A program made the position numbers and the translations under genes. A model generated the notes under the pieces. That model worked only from the letters and a program-made list of their open reading frames with translations, did not search any database and was not told where the DNA came from. DNA of 63,999 nt, filler included, from an uncultured bacterium (GTDB taxonomy: Bacteria > CAYJOG01), in the NCBI GenBank assembly GCA_964371695.1. It is 20 parts of 20 records of this genome, joined end to end, with 100 filler letters (N's around TTAATTAATTAA, not from the genome) between each part and the next. Parts side by side here need not be neighbours in the genome. Positions count along the whole stretch, not along the records: positions 42,243 to 45,331 come from CAYJOG010000416.1; positions 45,432 to 48,514 come from CAYJOG010000417.1; positions 48,615 to 51,695 come from CAYJOG010000418.1; positions 51,796 to 54,872 come from CAYJOG010000419.1; 16 more parts are not named here. The stretch is one strand, 5' to 3'. Below are positions 42,243-52,575 of the stretch, in pieces (position 1 is the stretch's first letter; the number at the start of each line of letters is the position of its first letter).

Positions 42243-43018
42243 ACCCCAAACAACCTCGCCGGGCCTTTGATGAAGAGGGCCTGGAAACGCTGGCCAACAG
42301 CATCTAGCGGTTTGGTGTGCTGCAGCCCGTGGTGGTGCGCAAAGAGGGGGAGGGGTATCTGCTCATTGCCGGTGAACGTCGCTGGCGGGCCTCTCAACTG
42401 GCGGGCCTGGACACGATTCCCGCCGTGGTGCGCGCCCTGGGAAAACACCAAAAAGACACCTATCTGGAAAGCCTGAGTGAAAACCTGCAGCGCACCGACC
42501 TGAACCCCGTTGAAAAAGCCCGCGCCCTCAAGCGGGTGCAGGACACCCTGGGTTGGACCCACGAGGAAATCGCCAGAGAGCTTGGCATGGGCCGGGCCTC
42601 GGTCTCAAACTCGTTGCGCCTGCTTTCCATGGGAGAAGAAGTGCTGGATTTTCTGGAAAACAGCCTGCTGAGCGAGGGCCACATCCGGCCCATGGTCACG
42701 GTGGAAAACCCAGCCGTTCAACTGGCTTTGGCGCAGGAAGCGGCCAAAAACCGCTGGTCGGTGCGAAAAATGGAGCTGGAATGCCGCCTGCGAGCCAAGC
42801 CCCAAAAGGTGACTAACGCCCGGCCGCAGGTGCTGGAAGAGGCCCCCCTTTCAGAAAACCCCCTCTATCGCTCCGCCGCCGAAGCTCTGGAGGAATACTT
42901 CGCCACCAAGGTGGAGGTGCGCGTGGGAAAAAGCTCCTGTCAGTTGGTGATCCACTTTTATGACGACAACATGCTGCTGGATATTCTCAGCAAATTTCCC
43001 CTGGAGGAGACCCTCTAG
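42243..43018 (+). CDS. parB: Chromosome partitioning protein ParB (5' truncated; in-frame TAG at 42305-42307)
   Basis: QPRRAFDEEGLETLANSI*RFGVLQP, LIAGERRWRA, ENLQRTDLNPVE and HTH VSNSLRLL motifs. Confidence 0.9.
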
Positions 43019-43020
43019 CC

Positions 43021-43782
43021 ATGGACGCCACCACCATTCTGCTTGTGAGCGCCCTTGCTGCCGGTTTTTGGCACTCGGGTAAATCCAAAAAGGATAAACA
43101 CAAACAGCCCCCTTCAGAGATTTCTTCTGCGCAAACCTCTTCCCGGCCAGACCCACCCGCCGGTTATGGCCATGTGGGCCGGTGGCCTGAAGAGGAAACA
43201 ACACCCCCCGCCAAACAGCGGAAACACAAAACTCACCCCGCCAAAGACCGTCAGGAACCCCCGCCGCTCCCCGAAGGACTGGAAGAAATGCCAGAAGAAA
43301 CCCAGGCCCTGCCCTCAGAACTGGTTTGGCTGCGGGATCATATTCAGCGCGAAAATCCACACCTTGCGGCTGAAGAGGTGGACCGGGTGGCCCTGGCACT
43401 GAGCCAGGCCAGCACACAGGCCGGTGTGCCTCTTTCTTTTCTGGTGACCGTGGTGCAGGTGGAAAGCAACTTCAACCCGCTGGATCAAAGCCCCACCGGC
43501 GCAGCGGGTTTGGGCCAGCTCATGCCGGGCACCGCCGCCGATCTGGGGGTGGCCGACCCCTTTGACCCCTTTCAGAACGCCCTGGGGGCCGCCACCTATC
43601 TGCGCCGCGCCCTGGATGTTTATGCGACAGACCCGGACGCCAGCCGTCTGGCGCTGGCCAGTTATCGCATCGGCCCCGGCGCGGTCTCACGGGGCCTGAC
43701 CGACCGCGCCACGCTTTTCAGCAATCCCATTCTGGTCTCTTATTTCAGCCGGTTTGACGGCATTTTTAATCAATTACCCTGA
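43021..43782 (+). CDS. Lytic transglycosylase (SLT domain)
   Basis: VESNFNP, GAAGLGQLMPGTA, DPFQN..A.YL motifs; N-terminal anchor. Confidence 0.88.
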   Translation: MDATTILLVSALAAGFWHSGKSKKDKHKQPPSEISSAQTSSRPDPPAGYGHVGRWPEEETTPPAKQRKHKTHPAKDRQEPPPLPEGLEEMPEETQALPSELVWLRDHIQRENPHLAAEEVDRVALALSQASTQAGVPLSFLVTVVQVESNFNPLDQSPTGAAGLGQLMPGTAADLGVADPFDPFQNALGAATYLRRALDVYATDPDASRLALASYRIGPGAVSRGLTDRATLFSNPILVSYFSRFDGIFNQLP

Positions 43783-43797
43783 AAAAGGTGGTGTTTC

Positions 43798-44565
43798 ATG
43801 CCAACAGCCCTCATCACCGGCGCAAACCGCGGCATTGGTCTGGCCACGGCAGAGGTCCTCTCCCAGGCCGGTTATTCACTGATTTTAACCGCCCGGAACA
43901 AAACCACGCTGTCTCAGGCGGTCAAAACCTCTCCTGTCCTTTCACAACCACCCAAGCCCATCCGGCTGGAAACACTGGACGTGGCCAAGCCCACCCAGGC
44001 CGCCAGCCTGACCAAACGCCTCAAGGCGGCCGGCGTCCAACTGGACCTGCTGGTGAACAATGCGGGCATCGGTGGCCCCACGCCCATTCGGTCACCCGAC
44101 ACTGGCCGCTGGGCCGAAGTGGTGCAAACCAACCTGACGGGCGTTTTTTATGTCACCCACGCCCTGTTGCCGCTGGTGAAAGAGGGGGGCAGCATTCTGG
44201 CCATCAGCTCGGTGCTGGGGCGGTTTGGCGTGCCCGGTTACACGGCCTATTGCGCCAGTAAACACGGCGTCATTGGTTTTGTCCGGGCGCTGGCTCTGGA
44301 ACTGGCGCCACAAAAAATACGTGTCAACGCCATCTGCCCCGGCTGGACAGACACCCGCATGGCCACCGAGGGCCTTCAGGACATGGCCAAAGCCATGAAA
44401 ACCTCTCAAAAATCTGCCCGCACCGCCGCAGAGCGGGGCGTCCCCCTGGGCGAATTTCTGGACCCGGCGGAAATTGGCCAACTGGTGCTTTTCCTCGCCA
44501 GCCCGGCCTGCCGCAACATGACCGGCCAGGCCGTGACGCTGGATGGCGGCCAGGTGATGCAATAA
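43798..44565 (+). CDS. Short-chain dehydrogenase/reductase
   Basis: TGANRGIG, VNNAG, YCASK, VNAICPG and TGQAVTLDGG motifs. Confidence 0.93.
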   Translation: MPTALITGANRGIGLATAEVLSQAGYSLILTARNKTTLSQAVKTSPVLSQPPKPIRLETLDVAKPTQAASLTKRLKAAGVQLDLLVNNAGIGGPTPIRSPDTGRWAEVVQTNLTGVFYVTHALLPLVKEGGSILAISSVLGRFGVPGYTAYCASKHGVIGFVRALALELAPQKIRVNAICPGWTDTRMATEGLQDMAKAMKTSQKSARTAAERGVPLGEFLDPAEIGQLVLFLASPACRNMTGQAVTLDGGQVMQ

Positions 44566-44604
44566 CCGGCGGAGGGCCTGGTGGTTCATTTGGTAAAAAA
44601 TGAG

Positions 44605-44664
44605 GAGTAGGTGCGGTGTCCCCACCGCATTATGGCAGCAGCGATGGGGACATCGCTGCTACTC
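44605..44664. repeat. GTAG-type REP doublet
   Basis: GAGTAGGTGCGGTGTCCCCACCGCA ... GCAGCGATGGGGACATCGCTGCTACTC; same family as 52111-52200. Confidence 0.8.
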
Positions 44665-44696
44665 ATTTTAAGTCGAATGAACCACTGGTTTTTTTC

Positions 44697-45331
44697 TCAC
44701 TGCCCCCGGATGGGCATCATGACATAGGTGAAGCCGGGGTCTTCGGTGAACTTCAACACGCCCTGTTTCAGCGCATCGGTGTACTCAAACACCATTTCTT
44801 CTCCAGCGCTGTTGCCCACGGCAGAAAAAAGGCTCAGAAAATACCGGCCATCAAAAGTGATTTCCACGTCTGCACCGGTTTGCTGCACGGCAAACTCAAA
44901 GTGAGCCTCTTCGTTTTCCCATTTGCTGATGCCGGATAACACACCATCACTCACCTTCAGCCGCACCAAGCCCCCCTGCTCAAACTCGTTGGAGGCGCTG
45001 GAAAACGCCATCAGGCTTTTGATCATCGTGGCCAGCTCCTGACGTGTGAAACGGGCCGAGCCCAGTTTTTCTTTGGGCATCACCCTTTTCCAGTCGGGAT
45101 AAGGCGAATCAATCAGGCGAAACGTCACGTCATAACCGGCCCACTTCACGTTCAGGGACTGCATGTGACTTTCGTCTCCCATGTCCTCCTTGTGGCTGAA
45201 AATCAATTCCACTTCGCCTTCGTCGGGCAGCAGTTTGGCCATTTCCTCTACAGCCTTGCTGGGAATGATGGCTTCGATGGATTTTTCCACCCGTTGTGGC
45301 AACGCCGCTTCCATCACCGACATACGAAAAC
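44697..45331 (-). CDS. dnaN: DNA polymerase III beta clamp (5' truncated, divergent)
   Basis: IIPSKA, RLIDSPYPDWKRVMP, ITFDGRY and the terminal YVMMPIR motif. Confidence 0.82.
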
Positions 45332-45431
45332 NNNNNNNNNNNNNNNNNNNNNNNNNNNNNNNNNNNNNNNNNNNNTTAATTAATTAANNNNNNNNNNNNN
45401 NNNNNNNNNNNNNNNNNNNNNNNNNNNNNNN

Positions 45432-45971
45432 GAGTGGGCGGATGGAGCTCAGCGCCTGGGCCTGACGTTGGGAGTCGTGTTGCCGCGCCATCAGCACATT
45501 GGGCACACTCCGCGCCGGGCCAGGTGCGTGGGTGGCAAAGCGGCCGGTGGGGGGAGATCCCGAAAGACTCACGGTATAAAACTGGCCATCGGGGCTGACA
45601 CCAGTGAGGACGCCCCCCATTTTGGCGGCGTCGGCAGCAGCGTGTTCCGGGTCCACCGGCTCGGCGTAAGCCAGCACAGTCTGGCCAGCGAGACGGGGGG
45701 CAACCCCTGTGGGCGAACTGACGGGGGTGTTCCCGGTCAGGGGCAAAAAGCTCGCCCCCGGCACTTCTTTGGAGACCACAGCCGCCGGGTCCAGCCCCTG
45801 AATGGGCTTGGCAGAGGCAGGGGAAAGGTTTTGTCCCAGACTGGCCGGTGTGGTGGTCTTGACCATCCCCCCCCCTCTTCCCCCCCCCTTGCCGCCTCCG
45901 CAGCCGACCATGGCCAACACCAGCATCAGGCTGAGGCAAGACATTATTGAGGCACGAAAAAGCCGGGACAT
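45432..45971 (-). CDS. Lipoprotein of unknown function (3' truncated)
   Basis: Basic N-terminus, hydrophobic core and MVG-C lipobox followed by a Gly-rich linker. Confidence 0.6.
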
Positions 45972-46018
45972 CCTCCTTGGATTATCGCCCGCTCACTTGA
46001 ATGCTTAACCCAAGAACT

Positions 46019-46231
46019 TTAGAACCTGTTTATAAAGTCCGTCGTGGACTTTATAAACTTAACCGCTAGCGGAGGCAAAGCCCCCCTTGGCGGGCAAAAG
46101 CCTCAGTGTTTTCAACACTTCGGCTTTTGGGGCGAGTCGCTATCGCTTTTGCTCGGCCAGATGCCCCAATGGGCATCCGGAAAGACTCCTCGCAAACTCA
46201 TGGCCCGCAACAGTGGGTTTTTGCAGGTTCA
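46019..46231. mobile_element. Structured MITE-like repeat, family A (copy)
   Basis: TTAGAACCTGTTTATAAAGTCC..GGACTTTATAAAC, a GGCAAAGCC hairpin, CAAAAGCC..GGCTTTTG, and a ~65-nt block nearly identical to 54228-54292. Confidence 0.85.
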
Positions 46232-46322
46232 CCCCCTTCCCCGCCCCATTTTTGTGCTTGTGCTGACGATTTAGGACCGGTACGATGCAATTGTAATCAA
46301 TTGACCAACTCGGAGGGGTTCC

Positions 46323-46886
46323 ATGCTCAAGGAAGCAATGTGGTTTGCCGCCGGTTATGCCGCTTGGCCTGCCTTTGAATACGCCTTTCACCGCTGGGTG
46401 TTCCACAACCCCAACGAAGAAACCACCGGCGTGAACGAGCACACCTATCACCACCGCGACCCCGCCAGCTACAACGACCTCACCTGGGGCGAAGCCCTGA
46501 TGGAGCTGAAAGACCTGGTGCCCAAGGTGAGCATTGGCCTGACCGCCGGGCTTTCGGTGGCCATTGGCCCCAAGCGGGCTGTTCCCCTCATGGCGGGGTT
46601 GATGACCCACTGGGTGTTTTATGAACGTATTCATCTGGTGAGCCATGCCGACGAGGAATTGCCCGCCGACCAACACCAGCAATATCTCTACCGCCATCAC
46701 ATGATTCACCACTTCAAAAATCCCAAGGCCAACTACGGCTTCAGCACCGATTTCTGGGACAAGGTGTTTGGCACCCACGAAGTGCTGGAAGAAGACATGG
46801 CCGTGCCGGTCAACATGGCTCCCAAGTGGCTCAAAGAAGACCTGCCCGGTTACAAACTGGTGGGCAAACGCAAAATGGCAAGCTGA
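46323..46886 (+). CDS. Fatty acid hydroxylase / sterol desaturase family protein
   Basis: His boxes EYAFHRWVFH, HTYHH, YERIHLVSH, HHMIHH; NYG..WDKVFGT. Confidence 0.88.
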   Translation: MLKEAMWFAAGYAAWPAFEYAFHRWVFHNPNEETTGVNEHTYHHRDPASYNDLTWGEALMELKDLVPKVSIGLTAGLSVAIGPKRAVPLMAGLMTHWVFYERIHLVSHADEELPADQHQQYLYRHHMIHHFKNPKANYGFSTDFWDKVFGTHEVLEEDMAVPVNMAPKWLKEDLPGYKLVGKRKMAS

Positions 46887-46913
46887 TTGAGACACCCCTT
46901 CCCCATCCCTCCA

Positions 46914-47065
46914 ATGAACCGTTTATTAAGTCCATCCTGGACTTTATAAACCCAATCTGGTCCAGGCAAAGCCCAGACCAGATGGCGAAAACCCAAGCTT
47001 TTCCAAAGCTTCAGTTTTCGGGTGCGGTCGTCCATGACCGCACAAGCCGGGCCATGCCCGGCTTT
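46914..47065. mobile_element. Structured MITE-like repeat, family A (copy)
   Basis: GTTTATTAAGTCC..GGACTTTATAAAC, ATCTGGTC..GGCAAAGCC..GACCAGAT, CGAAAAC..GTTTTCG and TGCGGTC..GACCGCA. Confidence 0.8.
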
Positions 47066-47164
47066 TTGTTTGCGGGGCTTTGGGTTGGCCACTACAGTGA
47101 CGCCCCATTCATTTCTTCTTATCCGTTTCTTAACTTATACGTCCTGAAGCGAACGAGGCACACG

Positions 47165-48514
47165 ATGCTTAAACAACCCTTAACAACTTCGATTTTTCGT
47201 CTCCTGCTGGCCGTCTCCCTGCTGGGCGCACTGCCCGCCACCGCCACCGAACTGCGGGTGAAAAACGGCGAAAAAATCCAGGACGCCGTGAACAAGGCCA
47301 ACCCCGGTGACACCATTGTGGTGGAGCCAGGCAGTTATCACGAGTCGGTCTCCATCGACAAGCCCTACATCACCCTCAAGGGCCTGGTGGAAAACGGCAA
47401 ACGCCCTGTGCTGAAGGGGGAAATGGTGTTGCCCGATGGTGTGATCGCCAGCGGCGACCACTTCCGCATGACCGGCTTTCGCGCCCAGGACTACAAAGGC
47501 AACGGCGTGACGGTGCAGGGGGCCAAAAATGTCTATCTGGCCGACCTGGACATTGATCACGCCGGGCTTTATGGCATCTATCCCGTCAACTGCACCGGCG
47601 TGGTGGTGGAAAACACCCGCACCACCCGCGTGGCCGACGCAGGGCTTTATGTGGGCCAGAGCCGCGACATTCTGGTGCGCAACAACGTGGTGACCGAAAG
47701 CGTGATGGGCATTGAAATCGAAAACAGCGAAAACGCGGTGGTAGAGAACAATCTGGTCATCAACAACACCGGCGGCATCCTGGCCTATATGCTGCCCGGC
47801 CTGAAAGAAAAAACCGGCAACACCACACGCATCCTGCGCAACTTCGTGATCAACAACAATCTCAAGAACTTCGCCGACCCCAAAAGCAACGTGGCCAAGG
47901 TGCCGCCGGGCACGGGCATTCTCATTCTGGCGTTCGACACCAGCGTGGTGGCGGAGAACATCATCACCGGCAACGGCAGTTTTGGCGTGGCGGTGGTGGA
48001 CATGGAAATGATGGACGACCCGGCCCGCGACAAGGAGATCGAACCGCATTCTGATCAGGTGCGGGTTGAAGAAAACTTCTACATGGACAACGGGGCCAAA
48101 CCGGCGGGCATGGTGAAGGTGATGTCCACCAAAGGGGCCGACGTGATTGTGATGAGCCGGGGCAAGGGCCATTGCGTGAACAAGACCCCCGGCATGGTGC
48201 TGATGGGTGACGCCAAAACCCTGCCCGCCTGCGCGGGTGACCGCGACACCTTCATGCGCGAGGCTTTGCAGCAATCCTGGGAGGCTTACACCCAGCGCAT
48301 GGCGGCGCGCCTCGCGCTCACCCACACCACGGCCCAGCCCCACCTGGGTTTTGACATGGAACACCCCCCGGCGGGCACCCATGTGGTCAAAATCCAGAAC
48401 ATGACCTATTCCCCCATGCACCTCGAAGTCAAAAAAGGCGAGAAGGTAGTGTGGGTTAACATGGACGGCGCAGCCCACACCGTCACCAGCAGCAAGGGCG
48501 GCACCGATCTGGAC
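47165..48514 (+). CDS. Exported parallel beta-helix protein with C-terminal cupredoxin domain (3' truncated)
   Basis: Signal peptide; IQDAV..A.PGDTI, YGIYPV, DAGLYVGQS, GIEIENS and NNTGGIL motifs; then YSP..LEVKKGEKVVWVN.D...HTVT. Confidence 0.85.
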
Positions 48515-48614
48515 NNNNNNNNNNNNNNNNNNNNNNNNNNNNNNNNNNNNNNNNNNNNTTAATTAATTAANNNNNNNNNNNNNNNNNNNNNNNNNNNNNN
48601 NNNNNNNNNNNNNN

Positions 48615-49592
48615 GCCCGTCACGAGGGTTGTGCCATACACCGCCTTGAACTCGTGAAACCGGCTGCCGTCTACAATGCGGGCGATGACCTCGCGGATGT
48701 CATAAGGAATCTTGGCGTCTTTGGGGATGATGCCCAGCAGTTCGTCGGGGTCATAGAGGGGGTCTTCGGGTGATTGCGTTGGCCCCGGCCCCTCTTTGCG
48801 CCAGTGCCAGGAACCCACCACGTCGCGGGCGATGCGGATGGCCTCCATTTCGTCGGGTGCGAAATAGTCAGACACGCCGCTGATTTTGCTGTGCATTTCG
48901 GCGCCGCCCAGGGTTTCGTCGTCGGTGACTTCGCCGGTGGCCATCTTCACCAGCGGCGGGCCTGCCAGAAACACCTTGGCCCCTTTGTCCACCATGATGA
49001 CGTAATCGGACAGGCCGGGAATATAGGCCCCGCCCGCCGTGCAGTTGCCGAACACCAGCGAGAGGGTGGGAATCTTCTGTTTGCTGCTGCGGGTGATGTC
49101 GCGGAAGGCTGCGCCGCCGGGCACGAACAGGGCTTTCTGGTCTTCCAGTTTCGCGCCGCCTGATTCGGTGCAACTGATGTAGGGCAGGCGGTTTTCCAGG
49201 GCGATGTCCTGGGCGCGGCGGCCCTTGAGCAGACCCTTGGGGTGGATGATGCCGCCCTTGACGGTGGCCTCACTGGCCCCCACCAGACACTCCACGCCGC
49301 TCACCACGCCAATGCCCACCACGCTGCCCGCGCCGGGCACGGTGGTTTTGTCGCCAAAACCCGCCAGGGGCATCAGCTCCAGAAAATGCGTGCCGGGGTC
49401 CAGCAGCAGCTCGATGCGCTCGCGGGGCAGCAGCTTGCCACGGTCGAGATGGCGGGTGACGTATTTCTCGCCGCCCCCCTCGCGGGACTTTTTAAGCGCC
49501 TCGCCCAGCTTGGTGATGAGCTTGTGATTGGCCTCTTTGTTTTCGGCAAAGGCTGCGGCGGAGGTGTTGAGTTTTGAGCGGAGTATCTGCAT
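48615..49592 (-). CDS. Acyl-CoA carboxylase carboxyltransferase subunit (MccB/AtuC-like, 3' truncated)
   Basis: RGKLLPRERI, ESGGA, GNCTAGGAY, FLAGPPLVKMATGE and LGGAEMH motifs. Confidence 0.93.
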
Positions 49593-49663
49593 GGCGTTGT
49601 GCGGCGGACACTATAACAGGAAGGACGTTGGAGGTTGAAAGCTGGAAAAGACAAAGGACCTTT

Positions 49664-51695
49664 TTACTCAAACACACCCATGAGTTCCCGCAGGGTTTCC
49701 TGCACCTCAATCACGTTGTTCTGCTCGCGAAAGAGTGAATCCTGATCGGAGAAAAAACGGTCGCGGAAAGTTTCCAGGCTCACTTCGCTCACCTTGCCGC
49801 TGTCGCGCAGCACCTGGGTGATCTGCAAACGCCGGCGGCTGATGTTCACCCGCTCGGCCTGCAACCGCTCGCGCTCGCGGGCTTCGCGCAGGGTCTGGAA
49901 CGCCGTGCGGGCCTGTTGTTCTTCCAGCTCCTGCTGAATCTTTTGTTTGGCCTTGAGCTGGGCCAGCACGGCCCGCTCGCGGTTCATCACGGCGGCGCGG
50001 TCTTTGCCGCTGTAAAAGGGCCAGTTCAGGCCGATGTTCACGGCGTATTTCTGTTTGTCGCCGTTGAAGGCATCCATGTTCAGGTCGGGCAGGTTCATGT
50101 AACCCTCCGCCCCCACGTCCACGCCAAACGTGCCGCCCGACTGGTTCAACCCCACCCCCAGCGAGGCGTGTCGATATTCAATGCCGCCGCGCAGCGCCAT
50201 GCTGGGCCGCCATGTCCACACCATGTCCTTCAATATCTGCTGCTGCTCGTTGATCTGTTCGCGCAGCAGGTGGCTGGCGTAGCTGTTTTGGTTGGTCACG
50301 CGCACCACGTCGTCTTCGGTGAAGGGGAACCTGTCCAGGTCGCCGGTGAACACCTCTTTGGCGTCATATTTGCGGCCCATGAGTTTCGCCAGCGCAATGG
50401 CCGAGGAGAGTTTTTCCTTGTCCAGACCGTTGATGACCAGCCGCTCGTTGAGCACGTCCAGCTCTGAGGTGAGCACGTCGATTTTCAGAATGTCCTGGGC
50501 CTGCTCAAAACGGGTCTTGAGGCGTTCGTGTTTTTTCTGGAACTCGGTGAGCAGTTGCTCGCGCACGGTGATCTGTTTTTCCTTGAGCAGGGCGGTGAAG
50601 AACTTTTTGCGGGCCTCGGCCAACAATTCCCGCAGTTTTTTTTCGTAGTCCACATAAGACTGACGCCGTTTTTCGCGCTGCTGCACGTCCTGCACGTTCT
50701 CGCGGCCAAACTCATAAACCCGCCGGGCAAACTGCACGCTCAGGCGCGTGTCCTCCTGAATGTTCACGCCCCGTGCGCCGCTGCCGCCCGCGCCCCCCAG
50801 CACCTGGCTCAGCAGGTCGGGGTTGCTGGCCGCAAGGTCGTTCAGGTTGAGCGAGTTCAGGTCCACGGTGCTCAGGTCCAGGTTGCTGGTGTCGAGGTTG
50901 CTCAGGTCGAGGCCCCCCAGGCTGCTGGTGTCCAGGCTGTTCAGATCAATGCTGCTCAGGTCCAGGCTGCTGGTGTCGAAGCTGGAGAGATCAAGGCCCG
51001 CCAGACTGCTGGCGTCCAGACCCCCCAGGTCCAGACTGCCCAGGTCCAACCCGCCAAGGTCCAGTCCGCCGCCGCCGCCCAGGCCCCCCGACGAACCAAA
51101 ACTCACGCCGCTGTTGGTGAGCGTGCTCAGTTCCAGCGGCGGAAAGTTCTGGCTCAGAAAACCGTTCTTGTCGCGGTCCCACTTGGCCACCATGTTGAAG
51201 TGCGGGCTGAAGCGGCTGGCCAGCCCCAGTTCACCGGCGGCCAGTTCGTCCAGCTTGGCGCGTTTTTCCATCAGTTCCTTGTTGTCGGTCATCACCGAGC
51301 GCAGCACCTCGCGCAGGTTCAGCACCCGGCGGCCATCGGGCAGAAACACGGGGGGAGAAAACGAAAGCGGGGCGGTGTCAGACAGCGCGGCGGTGGGCGG
51401 CAGGGCGGGGGTTCTGTCTGCCATGGCCAAGGTTTCGCCTTTTTGTGGAGGGACGGTTTCTTTTGCATCGGGCGCGGCGGTGGATTTTTTTTCGGCCAGC
51501 ATGGTTTGGCGAGGCGAGCGGGGGGCCTGGCCAAAACGCCGCGGCGGCGTGATGAACGACTCTGCCGGGGCTGCGGGTGCAGGTGCGGCGGGTTCGGGCG
51601 CGGCGAGTGGCGCGACTGGGGCCAGTGGATTGTCGCGGCGGGCCAGATGTTCTTCTTCGGTTTCGCCCAGCACCAGCAGGTCAATGGGGTTGGGC
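49664..51695 (-). CDS. TolC-family outer membrane protein with pentapeptide-repeat insert (5' truncated)
   Basis: Two OEP-like halves (LNL.EVL..NKEL; P-strand..YEFG; P-strand..WPFYSG; heptad helices; terminal LRELMG). Confidence 0.8.
50836..51080 (-). repeat. Coding 15-nt tandem repeat (about 14 x LDLSS-type pentads)
   Basis: LDLGG LDLGS LDLGG LDASS .. LDLSS FDTSS LDLSS IDLNS LDTSS .. LDLSN LDTSN LDLST VDLNS LNLND. Confidence 0.9.
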
Positions 51696-51795
51696 NNNNN
51701 NNNNNNNNNNNNNNNNNNNNNNNNNNNNNNNNNNNNNNNTTAATTAATTAANNNNNNNNNNNNNNNNNNNNNNNNNNNNNNNNNNNNNNNNNNNN

Positions 51796-52039
51796 GAATA
51801 AACCAGCCCGTGAGGTGAATCTGGTCTACCGCGCTGTAAAAACCAAGGGGCTGGGGGGTGAGGCCCACGTCCTGGGGTTTGACGTAGGGGTGCCAGCGCT
51901 TGGCCTGTGTGGCCTGGGGGGTCTGGCGGGGCGGGTGCAGCACCATGTCCATGAAAAACCCACTCACACCATAAATGGCGACACCCAGCAGGGCCATCAC
52001 CGAAAGAGCCACCCAGGCCAACACACGCGAACGGAGCAT
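51796..52039 (-). CDS. Probable alpha/beta hydrolase N-terminus (truncated)
   Basis: TM anchor, then P.DVGL..F.S..D.IHLTGWFI, typical of membrane-anchored hydrolases. Confidence 0.6.
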
Positions 52040-52110
52040 GGGGGGAGTTTAGCAGGCCATCCTCCAGTTTTTTGGTGGGGCAGGCTTCTTGCCCATAGCG
52101 ACACTTTCCC

Positions 52111-52200
52111 GGAGTAGCGGCGGTGTCTCCAGCGCCGCAAATAGCAAAAATCAATGATTTTCTTTTGATTTGTGCGCGGTGGGGACACCGCGCCTACTCC
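52111..52200. repeat. GTAG-type REP doublet
   Basis: GGAGTAGCGGCGGTGTCTCCAGCGCCGC ... GCGCGGTGGGGACACCGCGCCTACTCC with an AT-rich spacer. Confidence 0.8.
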
Positions 52201-52274
52201 AAAAAAGGAAGAAAAATAAGGATTTTGCCAATGTTTTAACGGGGAGTGTCCGGTCACTTCCTATACTTGTGTCT

Positions 52275-52568
52275 GTGCAACTTTTTAACCTGATGGAAGA
52301 AATGGTGCGAGACACACTGGATCGCCTGATGGCGGAACTGGGTGAACTGGCGGCCAACGAAAAGGTCCGGCTGGATGTGCTGGCCCTGGCACTGAACCAG
52401 TTGCCGCCCCGCTATGTGGTGTCCTCACGCGGAGAGGTGCTCTCGCGGCTGCTGGTGGAGGCCCCCCAGGCCCAGGCCGAAATCACGGCGGTGCTCATGC
52501 AGGCCATTGAGCACATCCGCCAGAACCCGGCCAATGCCCCGGCGCCGCCAGCCGAAGGCCCGCCGTGA
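52275..52568 (+). CDS. ComFB-family protein
   Basis: NLMEEMV..LDVLALALNQLPPRYV..AIEHIRQNP. GTG start 7 nt after TATACT. Confidence 0.88.
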   Translation: MQLFNLMEEMVRDTLDRLMAELGELAANEKVRLDVLALALNQLPPRYVVSSRGEVLSRLLVEAPQAQAEITAVLMQAIEHIRQNPANAPAPPAEGPP

Positions 52569-52575
52569 TTTCGAG

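Noticed and set aside
42305-42307. Genome-wide TAG reassignment or pyrrolysine
   Set aside because: Only one internal TAG was seen, near a contig end, and many conserved genes terminate at TAG at the expected position.
42243-45331. Plasmid or prophage module (ParB + lytic transglycosylase + beta clamp)
   Set aside because: ParB is of the chromosomal Spo0J type, composition matches the rest, a host REP lies within the contig, and no phage or conjugation genes are present.
46060-46130. c-di-GMP-I riboswitch suggested by GGCAAA motifs
   Set aside because: It lacks the GGCAAAC..GAAA..GACGCAAAG two-stem arrangement, and the motif recurs inside TIR-bounded elements regardless of gene position.
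50760-51743. Ser/Arg/Leu repeat ORFs on the plus strand
   Set aside because: They are antisense readings of the LDLSS repeat in the TolC-family gene.
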